Source: Camelus dromedarius
Lineage: Eukaryota
Assembly (NCBI RefSeq): GCF_036321535.1
Contig: NC_087447.1
Location: forward strand, 4,712,001 to 4,776,000
Direction: 5' to 3'
Length of the DNA stretch: 64,000 bases
The notes under the pieces were generated by a model. It searched no databases. It saw nothing but the letters and a program-made list of their open reading frames with translations, and was not told the origin of the DNA. The position numbers and the translations under genes were made by a program. Shown in pieces: positions 49,477 to 62,330 of this stretch; the first letter of the stretch is position 1; each line of letters begins with the position of its first letter.

Positions 49477-52400
49477 GTCTTCCTCCTTCGCCCTGGGTGC
49501 TGGCCCTGGCCAGAGACATTGGATGCCTTCCTCCCTTCACCAGCCCCCCAACTTTTGCCCCGGGGCAAGGGGACCCCCCCCCCAGCCCAGCAACCCTAGC
49601 ACCCGGACACCTTTCAGACCACTGCACACCAGAGGAATTCGCCCACTCACTGCGCCTAGACCGGTCTCTACTGTGGGAAGGAATGCTCTCCCTGGAATTA
49701 TGTCATTTGTGCCTGTAACCGTCCCCCCACAGAGGGAAGCCAGGAGTTCAGGGAGCAAGCAGTAAACGCCCATATGCACCCGTGGGCTTCCATCCCGGAA
49801 CCCCTCCAGCTGGGTTGCCTGGGGCAAGCGTGCTTACACTCAACATTTTTATGCTGACAACTTTGCTTAAAAAAAGGGACCAAGATTTTTCCAGCACAGG
49901 GACTGATAATAGCTAATAGTTTTTGAGCATTTACTCACTTATCAGTTATCACTTACTCACTTATCAGGTCTGAGTGCCTTGTAACTCTTATCTTATTTAA
50001 CTGTCCTGCCGCCACCCAACTCATCCCCCCACAGAAGCCAGGCCATGACACGCCCCAGCCTGGATCCCCTCCACTGGCTTCTCACCGTTATTAGGGAAAA
50101 AATCCAAACAGGTGAACTGAGAACACACGTGGCCAGTGGGAGGCATTCATGAAAAGTCAGGGAAATGGGGGACCCAGGCAGACAGAGAGCAGAGCCCCAG
50201 GACAAGGAACAGAAGGCGGGCAAGGGGAGGTGGAGTGGGAGGGGACAGGTCAGGGTCAGGGTCAGGCAGAGGAGGTAGAGGCCCAGGAAGGTTTCTTAAC
50301 AGAGGAATAATGTCATCTGAATGGGCTTAAAAATTACTCTGTTGACTGGAGTATTTGGACATGAGGTGATGTGCTGTGTGGGGTGCACGGGGGAGTGGGG
50401 GGCAGACACACTACAGTATTGCTGAAAATGGAAGATGGTTGCTGGGCTCATCACCTGTCATTCTCCTCTCTGTGTTTGTGTGTGCCTGGGAGTGTCCATA
50501 ATAAAAAGTTAGAAGGAGAGAAAGGAAAGGAGAGGTAGAGTTTGATTTAAGTCTCTCAAGCGAAAGATCGTTCTGGTTGGAGAGTGACTTGGGGGCAGCG
50601 CACATGGGAGGCTGGGGGGCTGCTCCACTGCCCCAGGGAGCCAAGACACGGCTGGACCAGGGTGTGTTCACAGATGGAGAGACAGATGCCCATGAACCTG
50701 GGGACATGTTTTGGAAGCTGAGTCAGTGGAACTGCCACTGTTTCCTTACACACACCTCACATGCACAAAGTGGAAGCCAGGGTGACCCCTGAGTTTGTGG
50801 CTTGATGACCTGGGATGGCGACGATGTCATTTCCTGACTCTCAGTGCCTTACTCCTTGATTCATTTTATCCTTTCATCCATGACCCTGTGAGACAGTGCC
50901 CTCCTTATTACCATCCCCCAGATCACAGAGGGGCAACTGAGGCCGGGGGCTTTAGTGAACCTGCCCAGTGTCACACAGCCAGTAGGGGGCAGAGCCCGAT
51001 TTACCCCCAGGGATGTCACCCCGGTTTCCATGCTCTTGTATGAGGCTCAAGGACACGGGAGGACCGGGGCGGTGGGTGGTGGGTGGTGGGCAGGAAATCA
51101 GGAGTGCTTCTGTGGATGTGTAAAGGCCGAGATGTCTGTTAGGCGTCAGGAGGACATGGGATGCCAGTCTGAAGTTCAGAGAGGTCCCCATGGGGGAGGG
51201 AAATCAGGAGCCACCAGCACAGAGATGGTCAGGGGCAGGAGAGGAGACCAGGCTGGCCCGGGAGCCCCCAGCGCTCAGAGGTCTCGCAGGGGAGGGGGAG
51301 AAAGCACATCTTCTTCCACCAAAAGAGGCTGAGAAAAGAGGCTGTTTCAAGAGGGAGCAGGGGACAACTGAGTCAGTCAGGAAGGAAAGGGACAGAGGAG
51401 GGACTGCTCGTCCCAGGATGTCCCAGGTGGCCTCATGAGGGTGGCCCCAGCCAAGTCCGGTGGCGGAGGGCTGAGGAAGGAAGGCAGGTGAGCACGTGGG
51501 CAGTGACCAAGGCAACCATCTCAACAGGTTTTTGGGGGATGAGGTGGAGCCCAGCAGTGGGTGTAGGTGGGCGAGGGACCAAGAAGAATTCTTATAAACT
51601 AGCATCTCGGCCATGTTGAGCTGTTGATGAGAATGAGCCAGTGGAGAGGGAGAGACTGTTGATGAGGGGAGGAAGGAGGGTTAGCAGGAGCTGAGTCAAA
51701 GGGGGCACAGGGGAGGGACTCAGCACACAGACCAGTGCTTCGCCACCTCCCCACGTGGTGGGAACCCCTATTATGCCCATTTGCAGGTGGGGAGACTGAG
51801 GGCACGGGGACGTTAGGTTCCTTGTCCAAGGCCACACACAGGTAAGGGTTGAGCCAGGCCTTTTGTCCAGTTCACCTGGCTCCAAATCCCACACCCTCAC
51901 CACTGGAGTGACCCAAAGCACCAGCTCTGCTGGTGAATCTTTGACTCTTTGTGCCCCAGAGCTCAGCCCAGGGCCTGCACATGGACTAGAATGACCGGGG
52001 CATCCTTTTTTCTCAGTGAACAAGCTCTCTGTGCCCCGAGAGCAGGGCACGCGGCAGGGGCTTCATCCCACCTCGCTGACTGCGGGCGGAGGTACCCGGT
52101 ATGCCAGGGCCCCGCGCGAGAGAAGGAGGCCTAGGATGGAGGTGAGCTGAGAGGAGCCATCAGGGTGGCTCCAGGGGGGCAGGCCTTAGGCACGAGGCCC
52201 GGGTCCCTGAACCTGGAAGTGCCTGGCACAGGAAGATCCCGCCCACCTCCGGCCTTCCTCTGGAATCTCTGAGAGACCCCTAGCCCGGCTTCTCTGAGAG
52301 CCCCTGAGAACAATCCACTTTATCCTATCAGCCCCGGGCAGCACTTTGACTCAGGCAACCTTTGATGGCAAGGAACAGAAACCTCGGGATCTTCTGCAAA

Positions 52401-52661
52401 GACAGACAAGCCGGAACTCAGGGCAGCTGCGCCCTCACGCCTTTCCTGCTTCCTCCTTACAGCCACGTCTCTGCAGAGCCCCCGCCTCTCCCAGACTTGG
52501 GGTCTGCTTTCTCCGGGGACTCTGGCTTGTAACCTTGGCGCCAGCTGTGGCCCGCGTAAGCTGCAGTGTCCAACTCCCAGGGTCTCCTGGGGTCCAAGCC
52601 AGGGGGCTGTCCCCGGTGGGCTGTGGGTGCCGCCCAGCTGTTCAGAAAAGGGTTCAGAGCA

Positions 52662-52780
52662 GGGAGAGGGTATAGCTCAAGTGGTAGAGCACATGCTTAG
52701 CATACACAAGGTCCTGGGTTCAATCCCCAGTCCCTCTAAAAATAAATAAGTAAACCCAATTACCTCCCCTGCCAAAAAGA
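52662..52780 (+). mobile_element. Vic-1-like SINE
   Basis: gggagagggtatagctcaagtggtagag...ggttcaatccccagt. Confidence 0.9.
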
Positions 52781-53053
52781 ATTTCTTTAATGTAAAAAGA
52801 ATAAATAAATAAAAACAAAAGAAAGGGGTTTGGACAGACAAGAGAGCCCTTCGTGCCAGGCTAGTCCACATTCCCAGGCTCTGGGCTGAGCTCTGGGGCA
52901 CAAAGAGTCAAAGGATGTGCTTCCTGCCCTCAAGGAGTTGTAGGCTGGAGGGGAATTCAGATGGAGGACAGTGACAGGCAATCCAGGGTAAGGGAGAAGT
53001 GGATGCCCCAGGCCCTGCTTCAGAGCCTTTGCAGGGCAATTAACAGAGGTATT

Positions 53054-53169
53054 AAAACTATAGCTCAGTGGTAGAATGCATGCTCAGCATGCACGAGGTC
53101 CTGGGTTAAATTCCCCAGAACCTCCACTAAGAAAAAAAAATTTTTTTTTAATGTTAAAAAAAACTATAG
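53054..53169 (+). mobile_element. 5'-clipped Vic-1-like SINE with TSD AAAACTATAG
   Basis: TSD at 53054-53063 and 53160-53169. The TATAG of the TSD overlaps the SINE start. Confidence 0.88.
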
Positions 53170-53399
53170 ATGCAGTCACACGTCTCAGTGTCTGCCCTAC
53201 AGGAGCACACACGAGACACGCATCAGAGCATCTTTCGCAGTGTCCTTTGTAACGGTGGAAACTGCAAATGCTCTAGACAGTCTTTAAAAAGAAGGAGCTG
53301 GAGTTATCCGTAACAGAATCAAAAGTTACCCAAGGCCGAACAAAACAAGGAACAGTTGCCGGTGGTACAGCGCCATTCTGCTGCGTTGTGGGATGGCCT

Positions 53400-54572
53400 G
53401 TTTCTCCAGCACAGTATCGCCGCGGTTAGAAATCACACAGGTTTGTAATCGCAGTGCCTGCGAGTCAGGAATCCAGGCGTGGCTCAGCTGGGCCTTCTGC
53501 TTCAGGGTCTCAGGGCTTTAATCAAGTGTCAGCCAGGGGTGCGTGCTCATCAGAGGCTCACCTGGGGAGGGAGCTGCATGCTTGCTGGCAAGTTCAATGT
53601 CTAGGCTTCCTCAGGGATGTAATCAATTTTATTTCCTGTGAATGGGCCATACTTTCCTGTTTATTTATTTTGTAATTTTAGTTGCGAACTGGACATTATG
53701 AAAATTATAATGTAGTAACTCTACACATCTGATTCTCATAACTCCTCAGGGATTGCAGGATTTTGTTTGGTGAGGGCTAGAACAGTCCATTTGTGACTTT
53801 TCCAAATATTCTTGCAAAGTGTGTGTTCCTTGTGCATGGTCATGGAAGCTTCTGTTCCATTAAATTGGTGGTTAGCCAGTGATCTGGCAAAGCTTTCCTT
53901 CAATGTCTGGCTCCCCAAAAAATAAATAAAGGTTCTGACTCTTTAAATCTCCCCTAGATCCTAGATCCTACCAGGGGAGGCTGCTGCAGCTGAGAAGGCT
54001 GGAACCAAGGTAAGCGTCATTACCGGCCCCTCGAAGCACTGCCAGGCCAACCAAAATGAACAACCCCAGATTTCTGGAGAACAAGAACCCTACTACCCAG
54101 CCTGCCACCAGCAGCCACTCTAGGAACACGGGCCACTGTCCCCGCAGCTGTGGCAGAGCTGGGGCACGGGAGGTGGTAGCTAGTTAGCACGTGCTCTTTC
54201 CTACCAAAGATCAGCAGCTTTTCTCCTCGTTAGGCATTTTTCCTCTGAATTGATCCACTGATCAATCAGTTTCAGTCAGGCTCCAGAGTTCCAGAACGGT
54301 TGGTTCCAGTCACTATCTCCTGCTCCATCTTTGCTTCAGTGGAAGGTCAACTCACGGAGCTTCCTCTTCTGCCATTTTGTGTGACATCACAATTGTACGT
54401 TACATAACAACTTAGATGTGATCACATGCACCCCTGTCACCTCGGCTGCATTCTGCTGCTTAGAGGAGGCAAGTCACAGGTCCTGCCCATCCTCGGGGTG
54501 GGGGGCAGGGAATACACGAGGTTATGAATACAGGGGGCTGGGGCCACGGGGGTCACCTTAGTCTGTCCAGCA
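53400..54572. mobile_element. MLT1-type LTR (about 53400-53620 and 54395-54572) split by an antisense L1 5' fragment
   Basis: gtcaggaatccaggcgtggctcagctggg... and gcattctgctgcttagaggaggcaagtcacaggtcctgccca flank an L1M-like segment. Confidence 0.55.
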
Positions 54573-55094
54573 TCCTGCTTATGTTATATGTTATTTCTAA
54601 ATAAAGAAACATACACATATAAGTGAAAGAATAGGGAAAGTTCTGGAAGAAGATGCGCCACACTCTTAATAATAGAAGGAGAGGGACAAGAATTATTTGC
54701 AGGGGATGGGGAGAAGTAAGGAAGTAAAGTTTTATTTTTTTGGAGAGAAAATGTATTCAAGGATTAACAAAAAATGACTAAAGAATTGTAAGCATCTCCT
54801 CCAGAGAGGAGATAAATATTAATATTTGAGCTAAGTCTAGAGTTTTTCAGGAAGAAAGAAACATCTGTGAGCTTAAGGATTTCTGGTGGTTCCCTTTGCC
54901 CCCAGCATTTGTAGGGCCCAGCCTGAGAATACAGATGCAAGCACAGAAAACATGTGGCTAAATACTTAGATGTTAGAAATTTCTTCCACTTTACTGTTTT
55001 TTTCCCTTCCTGTTATGAACAATTTGGTCCAAAAACTATTAGGAAAGGCAGAAACTAGAAGGTGTTCCTGTAGGTAGCGGAAGAGCTGTGATGC

Positions 55095-55335
55095 CCTCCG
55101 GAGTGAAGATGCCTGGCCAGGACTAGGGTGAGGCAGGGGAGGCACCACCTTGGGGGACAACTTAGAGAGGGTTCCCCAAAACTAGTCATTAATATAACAT
55201 TTTAATACATTGTTTTAAAAAATCAAAACAAATGCAAAAAATCTATAATGAGCAAAATAGGAAAATAGTAAACTCAAGATCAATATTAGTGATTTTTTCT
55301 TTTGCCTCAAGCTCTATATGGCTCAGCCTGGACTA
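55095..55335. mobile_element. hAT MITE (MER96-like)
   Basis: ggactagggtgaggcagg...ttttgcctcaagctctatatggctcagcctgg. Confidence 0.5.
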
Positions 55336-56392
55336 TTACTTATCCTTCCAGAGGGCGTTCGTGTCGGGGTACAGCCCCGTGTGGGGTGTCAGAGTCTGAC
55401 TAGGGTCCCTGAGGTGCTCAGCATGGGATTTCAGAGCCTGAGTGAGAGGGTGTCCACACAGAGGCATCTGGGGAGGTGTCAGAGTGCTAGCAAGGTACAG
55501 AGGACACCCACATGGTAGTGGCCAGAAAGGTAAGGAGGGTGCCCGTGAAGGAGGGAAGACCAACACAGATGGCTAGAGCCCAGAGGGATTGAGAAGAGCT
55601 TCCAGGCAGCTGTGTGCACCCCAGAGTAAGGCGTGAGAGTCTGAGGATGGTTAGGAGGGCGTTTGTGGTGGGGAGTGGCCGTGGCAGAGTTGGTTACATT
55701 GAAGGGAACTGATCAACTAAGTAAATAGACTGAGGATTTAGGGGTTTTTCACAGTTGGAGAAGGGAGGTACCAATCTGAAAAGGGAGAAAACTGAAACGA
55801 TACCTCTAGTGTTGAATGGGAATTAGGGACATTGGTAAGACATCACAATTTTCAATTGATATCTAATTTCTCCAGCTCATTCTTTGTGCTCTATTTTTGT
55901 CACACAGATTACATTTACATATGCTATAAATTACATACTGTTAGTATTTTTGCTTTAGATAATTATATTTTAGGGAGATTGGAAATAATTTTTAAATATA
56001 CCTTCAATTTAACTATTTCCAGAGTTCATTTTTGTGTGTAGATCAAAGTTTCTGCTTGGAATCATATAATCCTTCCTGAAGAACTTCGTTTAACATTTCT
56101 TGTAACACAGGTCTACTAGCATCAAATCCTCTCAGTTTTTAAGTTTTTCTTTAGAAGCCTTAATTTCACTTTCATTTAAAAGGTATTTTCCCTGTCTAGA
56201 GAATTCTGGATTGACAGATTTTTCTTTCAGCATTTTAAGGATAATGTCACTCTATTGTCTTCTGGTTTGTTTTCTGATGAGAAGGTGGTTGTAAGTCTTA
56301 CCAGTGTTCTTTTGTAGGTAATGTATTTTCCCCCATGGCTGTCCTCAGTATTTTCTATGTTGGCTTTTGAGTAGTTTGAATATGATGTGTCT

Positions 56393-56394
<2 letters not shown>

Positions 56395-56466
<72 letters not shown>
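56395..56466. repeat. (GT)36 perfect microsatellite
   Basis: 72 uninterrupted bases. Confidence 0.97.
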
Positions 56467-56469
<3 letters not shown>

Positions 56470-57483
56470 CATGTGTTTTGTATTTATCCTGGAAGATTCT
56501 TGGATGTATAGTTTGTTAGCTTTCATTGCTTTTGTAAAATTGTTGGAGACACTTTAAAAATATTTGTTCTGCCCTATTCTTTCTCTTTTTTTTTTTTTTG
56601 TGACTCCAATAACACATGTTTAAAACTTTTTAGCAAGTTTATACTGTATAGCACAGGGAACTATATTCAATATCTTGTAGTATCTTATGGTGAAAGAGAA
56701 TATGAAAACGAATATATGTATGTTCCTATATGACTGAAGTATTGTGCTGTACGTCGGAATTTGACACAACATTGTAAACTGACTATACTTCAATAAAAAT
56801 ATATTAAAAAAAACTTTTTGATATTATCCCTACGAATCTTGATACAAAGAACAACATCTCTTTTAGATGCTCTGTTTAATTTTTCCCAGTCTTTTTTCAC
56901 TTTGTATTTCAGCCTGGGCAATTTCTGTAGACGTGTGTTCAAGTTCACGGATTCGTTCCTTGGCTATATCAAGTCTTATGATGAACCAGTGGAAGGAAAT
57001 CTTCATATCTGAGACTTTTAAACAATTTAATGCATTTTCATTTGACTCTCATAGTTTCCATTCCTCTTCTGGAATTTGCCATCCACTTCCCGTAATTATT
57101 GATAAGTTTGCATTTTCTAAAGCTTTTTATAAATGGAATGATACACACAGTTTAAGCTTGCTTTTTGTCTGACTTCTTTCACTTAGTATGTTGTTCTATG
57201 TATCAATGATTCCTTCCTTTTTAATTCTGAGTAATATTATACTGTATGAATATACCACAATTGCTCTGTCCTTTCAGCTGTTGATAGACATTGGGTTGTT
57301 TTCAATGTTTGAGCTGTTAAGTTGCTGTCAATATTTGTGCACAGATCTTTTTCTGGGCATTTCCTTTTGCTTCTCTGGGGTGCATACCTACGAGTGGAAT
57401 GGCTGGATCATATGGTAGGTAGGTTTAGCTTTTTAATAAACTGCCAGCTATGTTCCCAAGTACTTGTACCATTTAAAATTCCT

Positions 57484-57588
57484 GTGCTTGCTTCTGCAAC
57501 ACACATACTAAAATTGGAGCGATACAGAGATTAGCATGCCCCTTGCACAAGGATGACACGCAATTCGTGAGGTGTTCCATACTTTTTT
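57484..57588 (+). pseudogene. U6 snRNA retropseudogene (full length, diverged)
   Basis: GTGCTTGCTTCTGCAACACACATACTAAAATTGGAGCGATACAGAGA...GATGACACGCAATTCGTGAGGTGTTCCATACTTTTTT aligns end to end with U6: about 11 substitutions and 2 small deletions. Sits inside an L1 with TSD TAAAATTCCT (57474-57483 / 57642-57651). No snRNA promoter context. Confidence 0.95.
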
Positions 57589-60500
57589 CTTAATAAATAA
57601 AGTTTGTTTTTACTGTACAAAAATAAATAAATGCAATAAAATAAAATTCCTACCATTAGTGTTTAGGAGTTCTAGTTGCTCCACATCCTCACCAACAGTT
57701 GATACTATCAATCTTTTTAATTTTAGCCGTTCTTGTAAGTGTGTTGTGGTATCTCATTATGGTTTTGATTTGATTGTTATCTAATGTCTAATGCTTTCAG
57801 CATATTCTCCTGTGTGTATTTGTTATGCATGTATCTCCTTTGGTGAATTGTCTATTCAAATATTTTGACTGTTTTTAATTGGCTTATTTTCTTATCATCA
57901 AGTCTTCAGAGTCCTATATACATACTCTCAATACAAGTCCTTTATAAGATATAATGAGCAAAGATTTCCTCCCAGTCTATGGCTTACCTTTTCATTCTCC
58001 TAATGATGTCTTTTAAATAGCCACAAAATTTTAATTTTGGTGAAGTTAAATTTATAAATTATGGATGACGTTTTTGGTGGTGTATCTAAGAAAGTTTTGC
58101 TTAATCCAAGGTCACAAAGATTTTTCTCCTATTTTCTTCTAGAATGTTCATATTTTTATATTTTACATTTTGAGCTAATTTTTGTATATGTTGAAAAGTA
58201 TGGATTGAAATTTGTTTTTGCATGCAGATGTGCAGTTGTCCCAAATCCATGTGTTGAAAACACTACTGATTTGCTTCTGCACTTTTGTCAAAAAATCAGT
58301 TGGACATATATTTGTGGATTTCTGAAATCTCTATTTGGTTTCATGGCTCTATTTGTATGTCTTTATGCTGATACCACACTGTTTTGACTGGCTTTATATT
58401 AAGACTTGAAATCAGCAAATGTTAGTCTTTCAGCTTCGCTGTACTTTATGGAAGTTATTTTAGCTACTTCAGGACTTTTGAATTGCCATGTGAATTTTAG
58501 AATTAGCTCGTCAATTCCTTACAAACGAGTCTAAGATTTTAATTGACATTGTGTTGACTCTATAGATCAATTTGGGGGAAACTGACATTTGGACAGTATT
58601 AAAACTTCCAACCCACAAACAAAGGATGCCTGTCCATTTAGTTAGGTGTTCTTTCATTTCTCTCAGTAATATTTTGTAGTTTTTGATGTCATTTTTTTCA
58701 CTTTCACTGCATTTTTCTTACCTGTTTCAGTGTTGATATTATCATACATAGTACTATTTGTTGCCAGGAGGTAGAAATACAATTGATTTCTGCATATTCT
58801 TGTATCTTGCAAGCTTGTTACACTCACTTATTAATAGTTTTTTGGTAGATGCTGTTGGATCTTCAATACAGACAATCATGTCATCTGTGAATAAGGAAGT
58901 TTTACCACTTCCTTTCCAATCTAAATGCTATTAATTTCCTTTTCTTGCCTGTTTACACTTGCCTGAAACCCCAGTACAATGTTGAACAGATACAATGAGA
59001 GTGGACCGTTAAGTACAATGTTTGCTGTAGGATTTTCCAAGATGCACCTATCAGGTTGAGGTAGTTCCCTTTTATTCCTGGTTTGCTTAGTGTTTTTATT
59101 GGGAGTAGATACTAGATTTTTGCCAAAGGCTTTATGCATCTATTGTGATGATAATATAGTTTTTCTTATTTAGTTTATTCATATGGTGAATTACATTAAT
59201 TTTTTTTATGTTGAACCAATCCTGCATTCCTGGAGAAATACACTTGGTCATGATATGTTATCCTTTTAATATATCATTTGGTTTGATTTGCTGAAAATGT
59301 GTTAAGAATGTTTGCATCTATATTCAGTGAAGATATTGGTCTGCAGGGGTTTTTTTCCCCTGTAATGTATTTTTTGGTTTCAATATCAGAGAAATTTTTG
59401 TCTCAAAAATGAATTGGAAAATATTCTCATCTTTTCAATTTTCTGGAAGATTTTGTGTAGAATTGATTTTTCTACTTCTTTCTTAAATGTTTGATAGAGT
59501 TCACTAGTGAAACCATCTGCTCTTAGAGTTTAATTGGTGGGAAAAATTTAAATTACAAATGCAATTTATTTAATAGACATATGGCTACTTAGGTTGTCTA
59601 TTTCTTCCTGAGTGAGCTTTAGTAATTTGTGTCTTTCAAGGAATTTTTCCACTTCATCTAAGTTGTTGTTGAACTTATTGGCAAGTTGTTCATAACTCTT
59701 GCTTGTCACTTTTTCAGTATCTGTAGATCCTGTAGTGTCACCTCTTTCATGCTTGATATTGATAATTTGTATCTTCTCTCCTTTAATCTTGACCAGTATG
59801 GCTAGGGATTTATGAATTTTACTGATCTCAAAGAACCACTTTTAGATTAGTTGATATTTCTCTGTTGTTTCTGTTTTTATTTAATTTATTTCCAATTTGA
59901 TCTTCATTATTTCCTTTCTTCTACTCTCTTTGGGTTTGATTTAATCTTCTTTTATTGATTTCTTTTTTTAAAAAATAGACTTTATTCTTTTAGAGCAGTT
60001 TCAGGTTCACAACAGAATTGAGCAGAAAATACAAAGTTCACACATAGCCCTCCCCACCCACACATATATACTCCCCGACCCTCAACATCCCCCATCAGTG
60101 TGCCATATTTGGTACAATTGATGAACCAACATGGGCACATTATTATCAACCAAAGTCCATAGTTTACATTAGGGTTCACTCTTGATGTTGTACATTCTAT
60201 GGGCTTTGACAAATGCATAATGACATGTAGCCACCACTAAAGTATCACACAGAATAATTTCATTGCCCTAAAAATCCCTTGTGCTCCATTTATTCATTCC
60301 TCCCCCCTTCCCTCTCCCCAAACCCCTGGAAACCACAATCTTTTTATTGTTTCTGTAGCTTTGAGTGTCATTTGGTTGGAATCGTACATTTTGTAGCCTT
60401 TTCAGATGGGCTTCTTTCATTTAGTAATATGTCTTTTAAGTTTCTTCCATGTCTTTCATGGCTTGATAGATCTTTTATTTTTTTACTGCACATATATTTT

Positions 60501-61119
60501 TAAATTTACATATATGTACTGTTCATTGTTTCTAAGAATGTTTTAAGCTTTGGCTTTTTAAACTTATACAGTTATCAAAGGAATAAAACCAACCACAAAA
60601 TAAGAATTAACTCAAAAAGATACATACACCCTGCTATTAACAGCAACATTACTTATAATTGCCAAGATATGGAAGCATCCTACGTGCACATCAATAGTTG
60701 AATAGACAATGAAGATGCAGCACACATATATGTAATGGAGTACAACTCACCCATAAGTAGGAAAGATTTTGCAATTTGCAGCCCTTCATTCACTTTTTTT
60801 TTTCACTTCGAAAACCAGGATTCTATAACTGGCAGAGACATTTCCATTACATCAAAAACAATAAAATACCTAGAAATAAACTTAACCAAGGAGGTTACGT
60901 ATACTCTGAAAACTGAAATGACACAAAGAAATGGAAAAATCTCTTGTGCTCTTAGATTGGAAGACTCAACATTGTCAAAATGGCCACACTACCCAAAGCA
61001 ATCCACAGATCCAACACAACCCCCATCAAAATACTTGTGATAGTCCTTACAGAACTAGAACAAACAATTCCAAAATTTATAAGGAACCATGAAAGAGCCA
61101 GAACAGCCAAAGCAATCTT

Positions 61120-62330
61120 TTGTAGGTCTCTCTTTTTCTTTTTCTTCTTTTTTTTTTTTCCTCTTTCTTCTTTTTGTTCTCTTTTCTATGGTTTGATGAC
61201 TAGAGAAGGTCCTTTAACATTTGTTGTAAAGCTGGTTTGGTGGTGCTTAAACCTTTTAGCTTTTGTTTATCTGTGAAGCTTGTGATTTCTCCATCAAGTC
61301 TGAACGAGAGCCTTGCTGGATAGAGTATTCTTGGTGGCAAGTTTCCCCCTTGCATCACTTTAAATATATCGTGTCACTCCCTTCTGGCCTGTAGAGTTTC
61401 TGCTGAAAAATCAGCTGATAACCGTATGGGAGTTCCCTTGTATGTTATTCATTGCTTTTCTCTTGCTAATTTTAATATTTTCTCCTTATCCTGAATTGTT
61501 GTCCATTTGATGACCGTGTGCCTTGGTGTGTTCCTCTTTGGGCTGATCCTGTGTGGAAGTCTCTGTGCTTCCAAGACTTGGGTGACTGTTTCCTTTCCCA
61601 AGTTGGGGAAGTTTTTGGTTATTACCTCTCCAAAAATTTTCTCAGGTCCTTTCTCTCTCTCTTCTATTTCTGGGACCCCTGTAATGTGAATATTGGTGTG
61701 CTTCATGTTGTCCCAGAGTTCTCTTAAACTACCCTCATTCCTTTTTATTCTTTTACCTTTTTCTTTTCTGAAGTAGTGATTTCCACTAGTCTGTCTTCTA
61801 GCTCACTGATCCGCTCTTCTGCCTCATTTAGTCTGTTCTTAATTCCTTCTAGTGTATTGTTCATTTCAGTGATTTTATTCTTCAACTGTGTTTGGGTATT
61901 CTTTATATTTTCCAACTCTTTGCTAAAAACTTCGCTCTGTGCCTCTATACTCCTCTCAAGTTCTCTGAACATCTTCACCTTGATTACTTTAAACTCTTTC
62001 TCAGATAAATTGCCTACCTCCTCATCACTTATTTCTTCTTCTGGGATTTTACCTTGTGCCTTGGCCTGGGAGATATTCCTTTGCCGCCTCATATCATCTA
62101 TCTTTCTATGTGTTTGTGGACTCCTTCCACAGGCTTTGGGATTATTGTTTTCTTATTTCTAGTATCTGCCCCTGGTGGATGAGGCTGGACTAGAGACTTA
62201 TGCAGGTTTCCTGGCAGGAGGAGCTGGTGCCTGCCCACTGCTGGGGGGAACTTGGTCCCGGACCTCTGGTGGGCAGGGCTGTGCCTAGAGGCCTCTGTGG
62301 CTCAGGAGGTCTGCTGATGGGTGGGGCTGT
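61120..62330 (-). mobile_element. L1 ORF1 remnant (frameshifted)
   Basis: ORFs 61745-62092 (coiled coil KNRLNEAEERISELEDRL) and 61449-61706 (NIHITGVPEIEEREKGPEKIFGEVITKNFPNL) are L1 ORF1p. Confidence 0.92.

Noticed and set aside
50976-50994. Additional CTCF-like motif CCAGTAGGGGGCAG
   Set aside because: Lies within a MIR-like remnant whose consensus is already similar, and has no upstream module; weaker support.
57484-57588. Possible functional U6 gene
   Set aside because: Internal deletions, about 11 substitutions, TSD and tail, and L1 flanks instead of PSE/TATA.
60490-60600. 3'UTR-like stretch ending in AATAAA at an L1 orientation switch
   Set aside because: No TSD or clear polyA tail, and it may be L1-derived; insufficient evidence for a retrocopy.
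61120-62330. Possible intact or exapted L1 ORF1
   Set aside because: Split across frames with stops, and no adjoining intact ORF2.
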